Shown: in pieces, positions 38,961-49,174 of the stretch
Position numbering within the stretch: the stretch's first letter is position 1
How the letters are laid out: each line of letters opens with the position of its first letter
Origin: a virus
Strand: one strand, 5' to 3'
Length of the DNA: 64,000 bases
IMG/VR virus record: IMGVR_UViG_3300028844_006431
Span: 20,111-84,110 of that record
Program-made: the position numbers and the translations under genes
Notes under the pieces: generated by a model
The model's database searches: none
Told to the model about the DNA's origin: nothing
What the model saw: only the letters and a program-made list of their open reading frames with translations

Positions 38961-40415
38961 ATGAGAGAAGTAGACGTAGTAATCTTTGGCGCAGGTTCTG
39001 CTGGTATGTCAGTATATCGTGCCGTCAAGAAAGCAAACAAATCATGTATTCTAATTGAAAATCATCTTTACGGAACTACATGTGCGAGGGTGGGTTGTAT
39101 GCCTTCGAAATTGCTGATTGCTGCCGCTCATGCTGCTCATGAAGTAAAGAAAGCTCATCAGTTTGGAATTCATACAGACTTAAACTCTCTTGAAATAAAT
39201 CGTTCTCAAGTGATGAGAAGAATACGACAAGAAAGAGATCGTTTTGTTGGCTTTGTTCTTGAAGATATTCATGATTTTCCTAAAGAAGATATGGTGCTAG
39301 GTGATTATCATTTCATCAATGAAAACACAATTGAAAGTGAGATAGGTAGACAAATTCAAGCAAAAAGATTTGTCATTGCTACTGGTCAAAAACCATTTAT
39401 TCTACCTGTTTTCTCAAATATACCTGATCGAATTCTTGATACAGAAGATTTCTTTAACTTTAAAATTCTACCCAAGAGTGTTGCTGTAATTGGAACAGGA
39501 GCGATTGGTCTTGAAATCGGACAATCACTGACAAGATTGGGTGTAAAAACAACAATCTTGGGAATTGACCGTTTAATTGGTACACTTACAGATCCTGAGC
39601 TACTCAATATTGCGAATGATATATTCAAAGGTGAATGTCGAATCTTTAACGAAGCGAACATTCTTTCAGCAAATCTTGTAAATAAGCCCGATGATGAATA
39701 CGAAAAAGTTGTTGAACTTCATTGGGAAGAAAATGATATTCTACATACAGAACATTTTGAATATATTCTCTCAGCAACTGGTACAGTACCAAATCTCGCA
39801 TCACTCAATTTAGAAGCTACACCTTTAAAGTTTGAGAAGAAAAGACCAGTCTACAATCGTCAAACATTGCAATGCGAGAATCTAGATGGTTCTTCTTCAA
39901 ATTTCTTTATTGCTGGAGACATTACGGGTGAAAGAATGATTCTACATGAGGCAATCTGGGAAGGACAGTTTGTTGGTAAAAATGTAGTGGAATCAATGAG
40001 GGATGGTTATATTGATTCTGCTCCGAATCTAGTGATGTCAAGAGAAATTAAAACAGCATTGGGTGTAATCTTCACTGATCCTCAAATATGTATGGTAGGC
40101 AAAACCTATTCAGAACTTACTGATGAACATGCAATTGGTAGAGTTGATTATACAAGACAAGGTCGTTCAAGAATTGAACTGAAGAATTATGGCGCACTTC
40201 ACATCTATGGGAATCAAGAAACTCGCCAGATTGTTGGTTGTGAAATGTGTGGTCCTGCTGCTGAACATATTGGGCATCTGATTGCCTGGGCGATTGAAAT
40301 GGGCTTGACAGTTGAGCAAGCCTTAGAAATGCCTTTTTATCATCCTGTGAAAGAAGAAGGTGTTCGTACTGCTTTACGTGATTTACAAAAAGAATTCAAT
40401 GAACGACAAATCTGA
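38961..40415 (+). CDS. lpd: Dihydrolipoamide dehydrogenase-like pyridine nucleotide-disulfide oxidoreductase
   Basis: GAGSAG, redox GTTCARVGCMPSK, NAD(P) GTGAIG, AGD, C-terminal YHPVKEE. Confidence 0.88.
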   Translation: MREVDVVIFGAGSAGMSVYRAVKKANKSCILIENHLYGTTCARVGCMPSKLLIAAAHAAHEVKKAHQFGIHTDLNSLEINRSQVMRRIRQERDRFVGFVLEDIHDFPKEDMVLGDYHFINENTIESEIGRQIQAKRFVIATGQKPFILPVFSNIPDRILDTEDFFNFKILPKSVAVIGTGAIGLEIGQSLTRLGVKTTILGIDRLIGTLTDPELLNIANDIFKGECRIFNEANILSANLVNKPDDEYEKVVELHWEENDILHTEHFEYILSATGTVPNLASLNLEATPLKFEKKRPVYNRQTLQCENLDGSSSNFFIAGDITGERMILHEAIWEGQFVGKNVVESMRDGYIDSAPNLVMSREIKTALGVIFTDPQICMVGKTYSELTDEHAIGRVDYTRQGRSRIELKNYGALHIYGNQETRQIVGCEMCGPAAEHIGHLIAWAIEMGLTVEQALEMPFYHPVKEEGVRTALRDLQKEFNERQI

Positions 40416-40731
40416 AGAATATACTGATTACAATTCAGAAGTTGTTGATAAGATTGTTGAAAATGATCCGCAACTCAGTAAGATTGTTACACCTGTTGAT
40501 GATTGGACTTACTGGGCCAAGTGGATTGGCAATTTCTTTCTAATTGTAGGGACACTTCTCACGAATCTAGAAATATATCCTTTCAACTATATTTTCACAC
40601 TGATTGGTTTAAGTCTATGGGCAATTGTTGCTGCTCAATGGAATGACCGGTCACTTGTTGTACTCAATGTTTTTTTACTGGGAACAGTTTGTATGACTTT
40701 AGCTAATCACGTAAAACAATTCTTTTTGTGA
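40399..40731 (+). CDS. Small three-TM membrane protein (DUF6552-like)
   Basis: KW....L..IYP.N..L.W....W.D.SL..LN, three hydrophobic segments. Confidence 0.65.
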   Translation: MNDKSEEYTDYNSEVVDKIVENDPQLSKIVTPVDDWTYWAKWIGNFFLIVGTLLTNLEIYPFNYIFTLIGLSLWAIVAAQWNDRSLVVLNVFLLGTVCMTLANHVKQFFL

Positions 40732-41384
40732 ACAGATACATGGTATATTCAGACATCAAAATTGTAGCAGAGCGGGTTCAAACCGAGAACATTGAATTTT
40801 ATCAAATTGAAAATTTCCTCACCAAATATGAATGTGACAATTTGATTGAGATTATGAAACCGAAATTGACACCTTCAAAAATAGTTCAAAATTCGAATTC
40901 AAATGGATATCCAGATATAGTTAGCTCAGAGACACGAAGTAGTTCAACTTGTTATTTTTCAGACAAAAATGAATTACTTGTTTCAGTTGTTGAATCGAAA
41001 ATGTCTCTAGTATCCGGAAATGATCCAAAGAAAAGTGAATCTCTACAAGGTCAACATTATACTGTAGGGCAAGAATTCAAGAGACATTTAGATACCTTTC
41101 CTTCAGGTGATGAGAACAATGCTCATCTGAGCAGAGGTGGTCAAAGAACTTGGACCTTCATGGTTTATTTGAATGATGTCGAATCTGGAGGTGAAACAGT
41201 ATTTGATATGATTCCTCTGACTTTCATACCAAAAGCAGGAAAAGCAATTTTCTGGAATAACTTGACAATTGATTCAAAAGGTGATAAGATCGTTAACATC
41301 TATGCTTCGCACTGCGGCCTCCCTGTGGTCAGCGGTGAAAAATATATCCTCACTAAATGGTTTCGTGAATCTTATTTCAAATAA
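40728..41384 (+). CDS. Prolyl 4-hydroxylase-like 2OG-Fe(II) oxygenase
   Basis: NFLT..ECD.LI, RSSST, Y..GQEFK.HLD, QRTWTFMVYLNDV..GGET.F, HCGLPV..GEKYILTKW. Confidence 0.9.
   Translation: MNRYMVYSDIKIVAERVQTENIEFYQIENFLTKYECDNLIEIMKPKLTPSKIVQNSNSNGYPDIVSSETRSSSTCYFSDKNELLVSVVESKMSLVSGNDPKKSESLQGQHYTVGQEFKRHLDTFPSGDENNAHLSRGGQRTWTFMVYLNDVESGGETVFDMIPLTFIPKAGKAIFWNNLTIDSKGDKIVNIYASHCGLPVVSGEKYILTKWFRESYFK
41262..41290 (+). promoter_or_regulatory. Sigma70 promoter for DNA polymerase, embedded in the oxygenase gene
   Basis: TTGACA-17bp-TAAGAT with an extended TG, about 106 nt upstream of gp43. Confidence 0.6.
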
Positions 41385-41396
41385 TCAAGGATTATA

Positions 41397-43907
41397 ATGT
41401 TTTACACAAACGTTGCTCTCATAGGCAATAATATGCATATGAGGTATATTGAAAACGGTGTGAGAAAACAAGGTAAATTTCGTTTCAGTCCCGAACTTTT
41501 CATCTCGCACCCGAACGGTGATTATGTCGATCTCAAAGGTAAACCCTATAAAAGCAAAACAGTCAAAAGTGTTTACGATGCTCGACAATATGTCAAAGAT
41601 TATTCTGTTGATGGTAACACAATCTGCGGCAATCCTAAACCTGAATTTGAATTCATTGATAAGTTCTTCAAAGAAGATGTTTCATTCGATCAAGAATTGA
41701 TCAACATTGTCTATCTTGATATTGAAGTTTTCACTGATGGTACCTTTCCTGATCCATCAGAATCAAAGTTTCCCATCAATGCGATTTCACTTCGAACAAG
41801 AGGCGTCACCTATGCCTTTGGTCTCACCTATGAAGGTTGTGGTGATTTTGTAAATGACCGTGATGATATTATTGTTCAGCTATATGATAACGAAGAAACT
41901 CTTCTCTCAAAGTTTATTCAACTCTGGACTGAGCTTGAGATCGATGTCATCTCTGGCTGGAACTCAACTACTTTTGACTTACCTTACATCTGTGGAAGAA
42001 TTGAGAAAGTCTTAGGTGAAGACAGTATACGAAAACTCTCACCTTTTAACAATGTCTATGCTGGCACAAAACAAAACAGTTTCGGTCAGCGTGAGTTGTT
42101 CTATGTGATCAAAGGTATCTCTCAGTTAGATTATCTTGCTCTCTATAAAAAGTTCACCTTTGTCAATCGTGAAAGCTACAAGCTTGATTTCATTGCTGAA
42201 GTTGAGTTAGGTGACCATAAAGAAGATATCTCTGAGTTTGATAATCTGTTTGACTTGTATGAGAAAGACTTTCAACTGTTCATGGACTATAACATCAAAG
42301 ATACTGAACTTGTTGAACGGCTTGATGATCGATTGAAGTTTATGGATATCGCATTGACTCTTGCCTATTTTTCAAAGGTCAACTATGAAGATATCTTCAG
42401 TCCGATGCGATACTGGGAAAACATCATTCAGAACTATTTGTATAGTGAAAAGATTGTTGTGCCTTATGAAAAGACTGTCAGTGAGAAAACAGCCAAGTTT
42501 GAAGGTGCTTATGTCAAGTCACCGATCACAGGTAAGCATGAGTTTATGGTATCCTTTGACTTCACTTCTCTGTATCCTTATATCATTCGCACATTCAATA
42601 TCTCACCCGAGACAATTGAATATCAGAAGCCAATGACCATTGAGGATATTCTGAATCAGCAGAAAGATTTGTCTGAAGACTATCGTAAAGATGTTGCTGT
42701 TGCCGCAAACGGCGTTCGCTTCTCAAGGAATCGAACAGGTTTCATTCCGACTCTTGTCAAGAGAATGCTTGACCTGAGAGTTGATTCAAAAAAGGCAATG
42801 ATTTCAACGAGACAAGAAATTGAAAGACTGAAAGAAACAGGTGAAAAGTCTCGCATTTCTGAACTCGAAAAGAAGGCTGTTGCTCTCTATAATATGCAGC
42901 TTGTTGCGAAAGTTGCCGCAAACTCCTTCTATGGTATTTGTGGTCTGAAATACTTCCGTTTCTATGACATTCGTCTAGCTGAAGCCGTCACCTATTCAGG
43001 TCAGGCAGTCAATCGTTTTGTTGAAAACTATTTGAACAATTATCTAAATGAAACATTCAAGACAGACAACCTTGACTATGCTGCCTATATGGATACCGAT
43101 TCAATCTATTTTCGACTTGATGAGATTGTGAACAAGGTAATGCCAAACAAAAGTCGAGCAGAACAAAACAAGTTTGTTCAGAAAGTTGGCTACACAAAAC
43201 TCTCTGAAAAGATTGACGAAGCTGTCGACAAGTTCAATAAATATCTGAACGTTCATGAAGAAGTTCTGAACATGAAGATTGAAGCAGTTGGTAGTGGTGT
43301 GTTCATCGCAAAGAAAAAATATGTGATGTCAATTGTTCACATGGAAGGTGTTGACTATGCTACACCAAAGATCAAGATGACCGGCGTCGAAGCAGTCAAA
43401 TCATCAACACCCGCACCCGCAAGAGAAGCATTGACTGATTGTGCTAAGATTGTAGTTCAAGGCACAGAAGAAGAACTCATTGATTATGTTGCTGAATTTT
43501 CAAAGAAATGGTATTCACTCTCACCTGAAGAGATTGCCTTACCTACATCAATCAAAGGTATTCGCAAGTATCATCGTGGTGAAAATCAATATAAACTTGG
43601 ATGTCCGATTCATGTAAGAGCAGGCATCAATTATAATTATTGGCTGAAAAGCCACAAACTGGAGAACTATTATTCTGATATCAAAGATGGCGCAAAAGTT
43701 AAGTATGTCTTTCTAAAAGACCAAAACTACACGAAAGAGAATGTGATTGCCTTTCCAAATCGTCTACCAAAAGAACTTGACCTACATGATAAAGTTGATT
43801 TTGATGCGATGTGGGAAAGAGCATTTATCTCACCTCTCAAGATTATGTTAGAGCCAATCAAATGGCACTATGAAAAAAGAGTAAATCTTATGTCACTTTT
43901 TAGCTGA
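41397..43907 (+). CDS. gp43: Family B DNA polymerase (T4 gp43-like)
   Basis: Exo DIE, GWNS..FD, YN..D. Pol FDFTSLYP, K..ANSFYG, YMDTDS, KKKY. No intein. Confidence 0.97.
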   Translation: MFYTNVALIGNNMHMRYIENGVRKQGKFRFSPELFISHPNGDYVDLKGKPYKSKTVKSVYDARQYVKDYSVDGNTICGNPKPEFEFIDKFFKEDVSFDQELINIVYLDIEVFTDGTFPDPSESKFPINAISLRTRGVTYAFGLTYEGCGDFVNDRDDIIVQLYDNEETLLSKFIQLWTELEIDVISGWNSTTFDLPYICGRIEKVLGEDSIRKLSPFNNVYAGTKQNSFGQRELFYVIKGISQLDYLALYKKFTFVNRESYKLDFIAEVELGDHKEDISEFDNLFDLYEKDFQLFMDYNIKDTELVERLDDRLKFMDIALTLAYFSKVNYEDIFSPMRYWENIIQNYLYSEKIVVPYEKTVSEKTAKFEGAYVKSPITGKHEFMVSFDFTSLYPYIIRTFNISPETIEYQKPMTIEDILNQQKDLSEDYRKDVAVAANGVRFSRNRTGFIPTLVKRMLDLRVDSKKAMISTRQEIERLKETGEKSRISELEKKAVALYNMQLVAKVAANSFYGICGLKYFRFYDIRLAEAVTYSGQAVNRFVENYLNNYLNETFKTDNLDYAAYMDTDSIYFRLDEIVNKVMPNKSRAEQNKFVQKVGYTKLSEKIDEAVDKFNKYLNVHEEVLNMKIEAVGSGVFIAKKKYVMSIVHMEGVDYATPKIKMTGVEAVKSSTPAPAREALTDCAKIVVQGTEEELIDYVAEFSKKWYSLSPEEIALPTSIKGIRKYHRGENQYKLGCPIHVRAGINYNYWLKSHKLENYYSDIKDGAKVKYVFLKDQNYTKENVIAFPNRLPKELDLHDKVDFDAMWERAFISPLKIMLEPIKWHYEKRVNLMSLFS

Positions 43908-43914
43908 GGTTATT

Positions 43915-45012
43915 ATGTCAAAATTTTTCAAGAATTACGGTAAGATGATGGGAAATGAACTTGCGAGTATCGTAGGTGAAAAGGGAATGATTGGTGATTG
44001 TGAAGAGTTTCTTGATACAGGTTCTTATATGCTGAATGCAATCATGTCAGCAGATATCTTCAAAGGTATTCCGAAGAACAAAACGGTTGCGATTGCGTCT
44101 GATTCAGGTATCGGTAAGTCCTTCTTTTGTGTTTCGATTGCGAAAGAGTTTCAGAAAAATCATCCAGATGGCTATGTTGTCTACTATGAAACAGAGAATG
44201 CTTTCACAACAAAAATGTTTGAAGAAAGAGGTGTGGATACAAATCGTTTACTCTATGTGCCAATCGGTGTTGTTGAACAGTTTCGTCATGAAGCAACCAA
44301 GTTCGTCAAAGAATACAATGCGTTACCTGAAGAAGAACAAGTTCCTTTCATCATGATTCTTGATTCAATAGGTAATCTTTCAACTGAAAAAGAATATGAA
44401 GATGCCATTTCAGGTGCGAACAAAACAGATATGACAAAAGGCAGATTAGTCAAGTCAGCACTGAGAACATTGAAGATGGAGTTGTCAAAAGCAAACGCAC
44501 CTCTCATCATGACAAATCATGTCTACTCCGAAATCGGCAGCATGTATCCTCAAGAAGTGATGACAGGTGGTAAAGGTCCGTTATTCCTATCCGATGTTGT
44601 TCTCTTCTTATCAAAACGAAAAGACAAAGATGGTACTGTTCAAGTCGGTAACTTCATTACAGCCAGAGCCAGAAAGTCTCGGTTCACTCGAGAAAACTCT
44701 GTTGTTGAAATCTATCTAAACTTTAAAACAGGAATCAACAAGTATCATGGCTTGGTTCCATTTGCGATCAAAGCTGGTGTGTTTCAAAAAGTAGGCGCAA
44801 GATACACTGTGCCCGATGGTCGTAAGTTATACGAAAAACAAATCATGGCAGATCCTGGAGAATTCTTCACTCAAGAAGTTCTTGAGAAGATCAATGCAGT
44901 CATTCATGAAGAATTTTCTTATGGTGAATTTGATCCTGAACTTGAGAAAGATATCTATGAAGAACCTTTAGATGATTTGCATGAAGACCTTGTGGAGACA
45001 GAAAATGAATGA
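43915..45012 (+). CDS. uvsX: RecA-like recombinase UvsX
   Basis: DTGSYMLNA, SGIGKSF, LDSIGNLST.KE, TNHVY, GGKG, KSRF. Confidence 0.93.
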   Translation: MSKFFKNYGKMMGNELASIVGEKGMIGDCEEFLDTGSYMLNAIMSADIFKGIPKNKTVAIASDSGIGKSFFCVSIAKEFQKNHPDGYVVYYETENAFTTKMFEERGVDTNRLLYVPIGVVEQFRHEATKFVKEYNALPEEEQVPFIMILDSIGNLSTEKEYEDAISGANKTDMTKGRLVKSALRTLKMELSKANAPLIMTNHVYSEIGSMYPQEVMTGGKGPLFLSDVVLFLSKRKDKDGTVQVGNFITARARKSRFTRENSVVEIYLNFKTGINKYHGLVPFAIKAGVFQKVGARYTVPDGRKLYEKQIMADPGEFFTQEVLEKINAVIHEEFSYGEFDPELEKDIYEEPLDDLHEDLVETENE

Positions 45013-45430
45013 AAATCTAACGATTGATCCAGAGTTGCTTCGCAAAGAAGCAACTGTAGATGTAGACAAACTTGCTTATCAAGTTGTTCGTGATAATGAA
45101 GACAAGCGACTGAATGTTCATATTGGCAATGGCTATTTCAAAAATTTCTTTTTCAAAATCAATCATTTACGCTTGACTTATTTGACAGATGATGGTATGA
45201 TCAAGCCTGTAAGCTCATATGATGAAGTTGAAGAGAAAGATGTGACTCTTGATTTTGAATATGACCTAACATTTGTTCCGCCTGATTATGTAAATCAAGA
45301 TGATGATCAAGAAGAATTTGAACATGTTGTTCGAAATATTGTTATCGACGTATTGATGAATCGCCAAGAACTCTACACAATGGAGAATAATGAACACCAA
45401 ACTAATTCTGAATCAACTGATCAAGAATAA
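45005..45430 (+). CDS. gp40-like head vertex assembly chaperone
   Basis: Syntenic between uvsX and gp41. Acidic, with LDFEYD..F..VV..I. Confidence 0.5.
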   Translation: MNENLTIDPELLRKEATVDVDKLAYQVVRDNEDKRLNVHIGNGYFKNFFFKINHLRLTYLTDDGMIKPVSSYDEVEEKDVTLDFEYDLTFVPPDYVNQDDDQEEFEHVVRNIVIDVLMNRQELYTMENNEHQTNSESTDQE

Positions 45431-46742
45431 AAGTTATGTAAACAAGACGTTACCTTTTATCAAGAAAGAATACTTTGAAGATCCTCTGGATAAAGCAATT
45501 TTCAATTATATCAACACCTTCATTACAGAATACAATACTCTACCTTCTGATGATGTAATTGAATATTATGCTGGTCGTGATAACTCGCTTCGTGATGATG
45601 AACTCGAAGCGATGTCTGCGTTATGGAAAGAGGTCATGGATGTTGATACCGACAACATGACTGTTGATTGGCTCGTTGATATCACTGAAGAATGGTGTAA
45701 AGATCGAGCAATCTTTCTTGCTGTGAGTGAATCCATTTCAATCATCACAGATGAAAAGACAAAGAAAAGTAAAAATGAAATACCTGACCTACTCAAGGAA
45801 GCCCTCTCAGTATCCTTTGACACAAATGTAGGTCATGACTTTGTTCAAGATGCTTCTCTACGATATGATTATTACCACCGAAAAGAAGCTAAGATACCCT
45901 TTGACATTGAACTTCTGAACAAAATCACAAAAGGCGGCTTTACTCATGGCACATTGAATCTATTTCTTGGTGGTACAAACTCAGGTAAGACTTTGTTTAT
46001 GTGTCACTTAGCCGCCTCTTATCTTCAGCAAGGTTACAATGTTCTCTATATCACTCTTGAGATTGCTGAAGAATTGATTGCTCAAAGAATTGACGCCAAT
46101 CTAATGAACATGAAGATGGCAGATGTTTCAGGACTTACAAAGGATTCCTTTTTATCAAAGATTGACCGCATTCGTCAAAAGACAATTGGTGAACTTAAAA
46201 TCAAACAGTATCCTCCTGCTTCTGTGAACATCAATCATTTCCGAGCATTGCTGAATGAATTGAGTTTGAAAAAGAATTTTACACCTGACGTCATCATTGT
46301 TGACTATCTAGGTATTTGTTTGTCTGCTCGAGTCAAGTCTGCTGAGAATTCATATAATTATTACAAGTCAGTAGCAGAAGAAATTCGTGGTCTTGCAGTT
46401 GAGCGACAAATACCAATCATCAGCAATCATCAGTTCAATCGTTCAGGTCAATACAACACGGATGTTGACCTTGAAAACATTTCAGAATCTCATGGTATTT
46501 CAATGACAGCCGATTTCATGGCAGCAATTATTGTGACTGAAGAGTTTCTTGAGCAAAAGAAGGTAATGATTAAACAATTGAAGAGTCGCTATAATGATCC
46601 AAGCTATTATTCAAAGTTCATGATTGGTATGGATCGTGAAAAAATGCGCCTATATAATTTAGAAGAAGATGAAATTGTTCAGACAACTACTACAAGAAGT
46701 GATGTAGTTTCAAAACCTGTTTCAAAAATTGATTTCTCATAG
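45390..46742 (+). CDS. gp41: Replicative DnaB-like helicase
   Basis: LPFIKKEYF, GHDF, GGTNSGKT, YITLE, IVDYL, ISESHG, KQLKSRY. Confidence 0.95.
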   Translation: MNTKLILNQLIKNKSYVNKTLPFIKKEYFEDPLDKAIFNYINTFITEYNTLPSDDVIEYYAGRDNSLRDDELEAMSALWKEVMDVDTDNMTVDWLVDITEEWCKDRAIFLAVSESISIITDEKTKKSKNEIPDLLKEALSVSFDTNVGHDFVQDASLRYDYYHRKEAKIPFDIELLNKITKGGFTHGTLNLFLGGTNSGKTLFMCHLAASYLQQGYNVLYITLEIAEELIAQRIDANLMNMKMADVSGLTKDSFLSKIDRIRQKTIGELKIKQYPPASVNINHFRALLNELSLKKNFTPDVIIVDYLGICLSARVKSAENSYNYYKSVAEEIRGLAVERQIPIISNHQFNRSGQYNTDVDLENISESHGISMTADFMAAIIVTEEFLEQKKVMIKQLKSRYNDPSYYSKFMIGMDREKMRLYNLEEDEIVQTTTTRSDVVSKPVSKIDFS

Positions 46743-46750
46743 GAGAATAT

Positions 46751-47332
46751 ATGTATTTTGTTGGACAACCAAAATTTAATTATGACCCTAAAAATCATGT
46801 AAAACGAGGTCAGAATTGGGATGATGCTACAAGTATGAATGAAGATTTAATTTCATACTGGAATGATACTGTACCAGAGGATGCTCTTGTATTTGTTCTT
46901 GGTGAATTTCAAGATTCAAAAAATCCAAACATGCCCGGTTATTCGTACAAGGATTTAGTCTCTCGTTTGAATGGAAGGCTCTGTCATGTCTATCATCGAA
47001 AAGATGCCGAGCGAGAACATTCTGAGTATACTGAGCTTTGTGTTCTTGACACAATGATTCAATATGACCGTAAAACAATTCATATAACTAATTTTTTAGA
47101 ACATATAAATAGAATAGAGTCAAATCTTGTAATTACCTCTTGTGGAAGATATCTCTTGAAAGAGAATAACAAGAGCATTCATTTTAGTATGCATGGCTCA
47201 ACAATTTTTCAAAATAATATCATCAATCCCATTTATAATGTAAATCTTGATGAATGGGATTATAAACCGGTCAGTATTTCTGAAATACTTTCCCGATACA
47301 GCCTTTATCTAAAGCACAATGAAGAGTTATAA
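46751..47332 (+). CDS. Degenerate calcineurin-like metallophosphoesterase
   Basis: MNEDLI..WN.TV..D.V..LG, RLNG, NV.LD.W.YKPV. The metal ligands are substituted. Confidence 0.65.
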   Translation: MYFVGQPKFNYDPKNHVKRGQNWDDATSMNEDLISYWNDTVPEDALVFVLGEFQDSKNPNMPGYSYKDLVSRLNGRLCHVYHRKDAEREHSEYTELCVLDTMIQYDRKTIHITNFLEHINRIESNLVITSCGRYLLKENNKSIHFSMHGSTIFQNNIINPIYNVNLDEWDYKPVSISEILSRYSLYLKHNEEL

Positions 47333-47936
47333 CCAATTTTTAATAGATCATTTTCTTTCTGAAAAAAAGAAAGAAAAGAAAGAAGATGATTTCGATCTTG
47401 AATCTCTTTTCGATGATGAGGAGGAAAATGAAGAAGAAGAGGACACTGAAAGTTCTTCTGAAGATTCTGATAAGGATATGGATTCAGAGGAAACTGAGGA
47501 GGATTCTTCGAGTGATAATGACACTGAAACTGATTCTATGGATACGGAAAACGATTCAGAAGGAGAAGGAGAAGAGTTAGAACCAGATGAAGATGACGAA
47601 AAGAAAAAAGATGATGATAAGCTTGACCCTGATGATGAAAAACAGGTAACTCGTTCGAAAGATGATATTGAAAAAAAGGCAATTAAAAATGTCACTAAAG
47701 ACACTGAAAACAATGACACGGATCAAGAAACAGATCCTGAAGATGTAGAAGATAAGATTGACGATGAGATTGAATATCTAGAGAAGGATAAAGAACGATC
47801 CGATAAACTTTCCTACAAAGATAAGAAAGAAGAAGAGGATCGTCAATCAAAAGAGAAAAAAGACAAGGAAGGAAATAAAACAAAAGTTGTCATCAATCCT
47901 AATATTACAGAACATATAAATCATTGGATAAGGTAA
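47319..47936 (+). CDS. Highly acidic, disordered protein with a capsid-targeting-like N-terminus (scaffold/internal peptide candidate)
   Basis: MKSYNQFLIDHFLSE, followed by D/E/K low-complexity sequence. Confidence 0.7.
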   Translation: MKSYNQFLIDHFLSEKKKEKKEDDFDLESLFDDEEENEEEEDTESSSEDSDKDMDSEETEEDSSSDNDTETDSMDTENDSEGEGEELEPDEDDEKKKDDDKLDPDDEKQVTRSKDDIEKKAIKNVTKDTENNDTDQETDPEDVEDKIDDEIEYLEKDKERSDKLSYKDKKEEEDRQSKEKKDKEGNKTKVVINPNITEHINHWIR

Positions 47937-47942
47937 AAGAAA

Positions 47943-49163
47943 ATGCCATCATCAAACGATAGAAAAATTTCACAATTACCACTTCTCACTGAGATCAAAG
48001 AGGATACAACCTTTCTTGTTGTAAGTGACGTAGGCACAACGCCTAAAAATGAAAGAATGTTTGCTAAAACTTTTTTCCAACAGATTCCCTCTTCTATATC
48101 AGTCGGTCAAGAACTTGATGGTAGAGATGTAACATTTAATTCCACTCTCAACGCAACAAATCGTTTTCATTTCGACAGCATAACAGGTGATGTTTCAATT
48201 GGACATAATCTGAATGTAGCAAACAACGTGTCGATTGAAAATGATCTGTACTGCTCGGGGAATGTATATTTCGATTCATTCACACCAAATTTTGCAAATC
48301 TTGAAATTGACGGAGATTTCTTGTGTGGTGGGCAAATAGGTGTTGGTAATACACTTACTGTATTGGGTGAAACAAATCTTCAACAACATGTTCATATTTG
48401 GAATGATGTTCATATTGACCAAGATTTATATGTGACAGAACTTTCAAGTCTTGATAAAATAAAGAATAATTATTTCGAAGGTTTACACGCAAATATTGTT
48501 CAAGCAAATATCACAACTCTTCAAGCTACACATCTTGAATCTTCAACAGCCAGTTTAAACAAATTACATGTAGAAACTTCTTATACTTCGAATGGTTCGA
48601 TTCAAATTCAAGGCAATTTGTGGGCACAAATCGGAACCTTTAGTGGTGTAAACATTACTCAAGATGCTACAGTAAATCGTGTGCTGTATACTAAAGACAT
48701 TGTATCCTCAACATTTGTTGATACACCATATGTTCATACTCAAAATGTAAAATCAATTCATGTTGAAACATATACTCTTGCTGCTACGAATCAACTCACA
48801 TCTCCTGTTGGTAACTTCACAAACCTTTTATCACAAAGTGTAACTTCATCAGCAGTTTCTACGGATGTAATCACTACAGAACACATCAAATCAAATACAA
48901 CAGACTTTGGTTATTTTTCAACTAAAGAATTTGATGCAAATAATATTACAGCAAATACGGTCACAACTGACCTTTCAGTTGCAGATTTGATGCAGACAAA
49001 AATTTATACAACTCGTCCTGATGGAAATTTATACCCTGAAGGAACTATGATTCTTTTCCATGATTCAAATGCAGATAATTTAACGCTTGAAGTTCTTTAT
49101 CGAAATACTAGCGGAACAAAACAATGGAAAACAGTCTATCTAGGAAATGTAGTTCCGATATAA
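47943..49163 (+). CDS. Putative structural fibre protein with beta-helical repeats
   Basis: N-terminal RKISQLP motif and Thr/Asn-rich short repeats. Confidence 0.6.
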   Translation: MPSSNDRKISQLPLLTEIKEDTTFLVVSDVGTTPKNERMFAKTFFQQIPSSISVGQELDGRDVTFNSTLNATNRFHFDSITGDVSIGHNLNVANNVSIENDLYCSGNVYFDSFTPNFANLEIDGDFLCGGQIGVGNTLTVLGETNLQQHVHIWNDVHIDQDLYVTELSSLDKIKNNYFEGLHANIVQANITTLQATHLESSTASLNKLHVETSYTSNGSIQIQGNLWAQIGTFSGVNITQDATVNRVLYTKDIVSSTFVDTPYVHTQNVKSIHVETYTLAATNQLTSPVGNFTNLLSQSVTSSAVSTDVITTEHIKSNTTDFGYFSTKEFDANNITANTVTTDLSVADLMQTKIYTTRPDGNLYPEGTMILFHDSNADNLTLEVLYRNTSGTKQWKTVYLGNVVPI

Positions 49164-49174
49164 CATGAAAATAT

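Noticed and set aside
47348-47719. Ser-rich minus-strand ORF
   Set aside because: It is the antisense consequence of GAA/GAT codon runs in the acidic protein.
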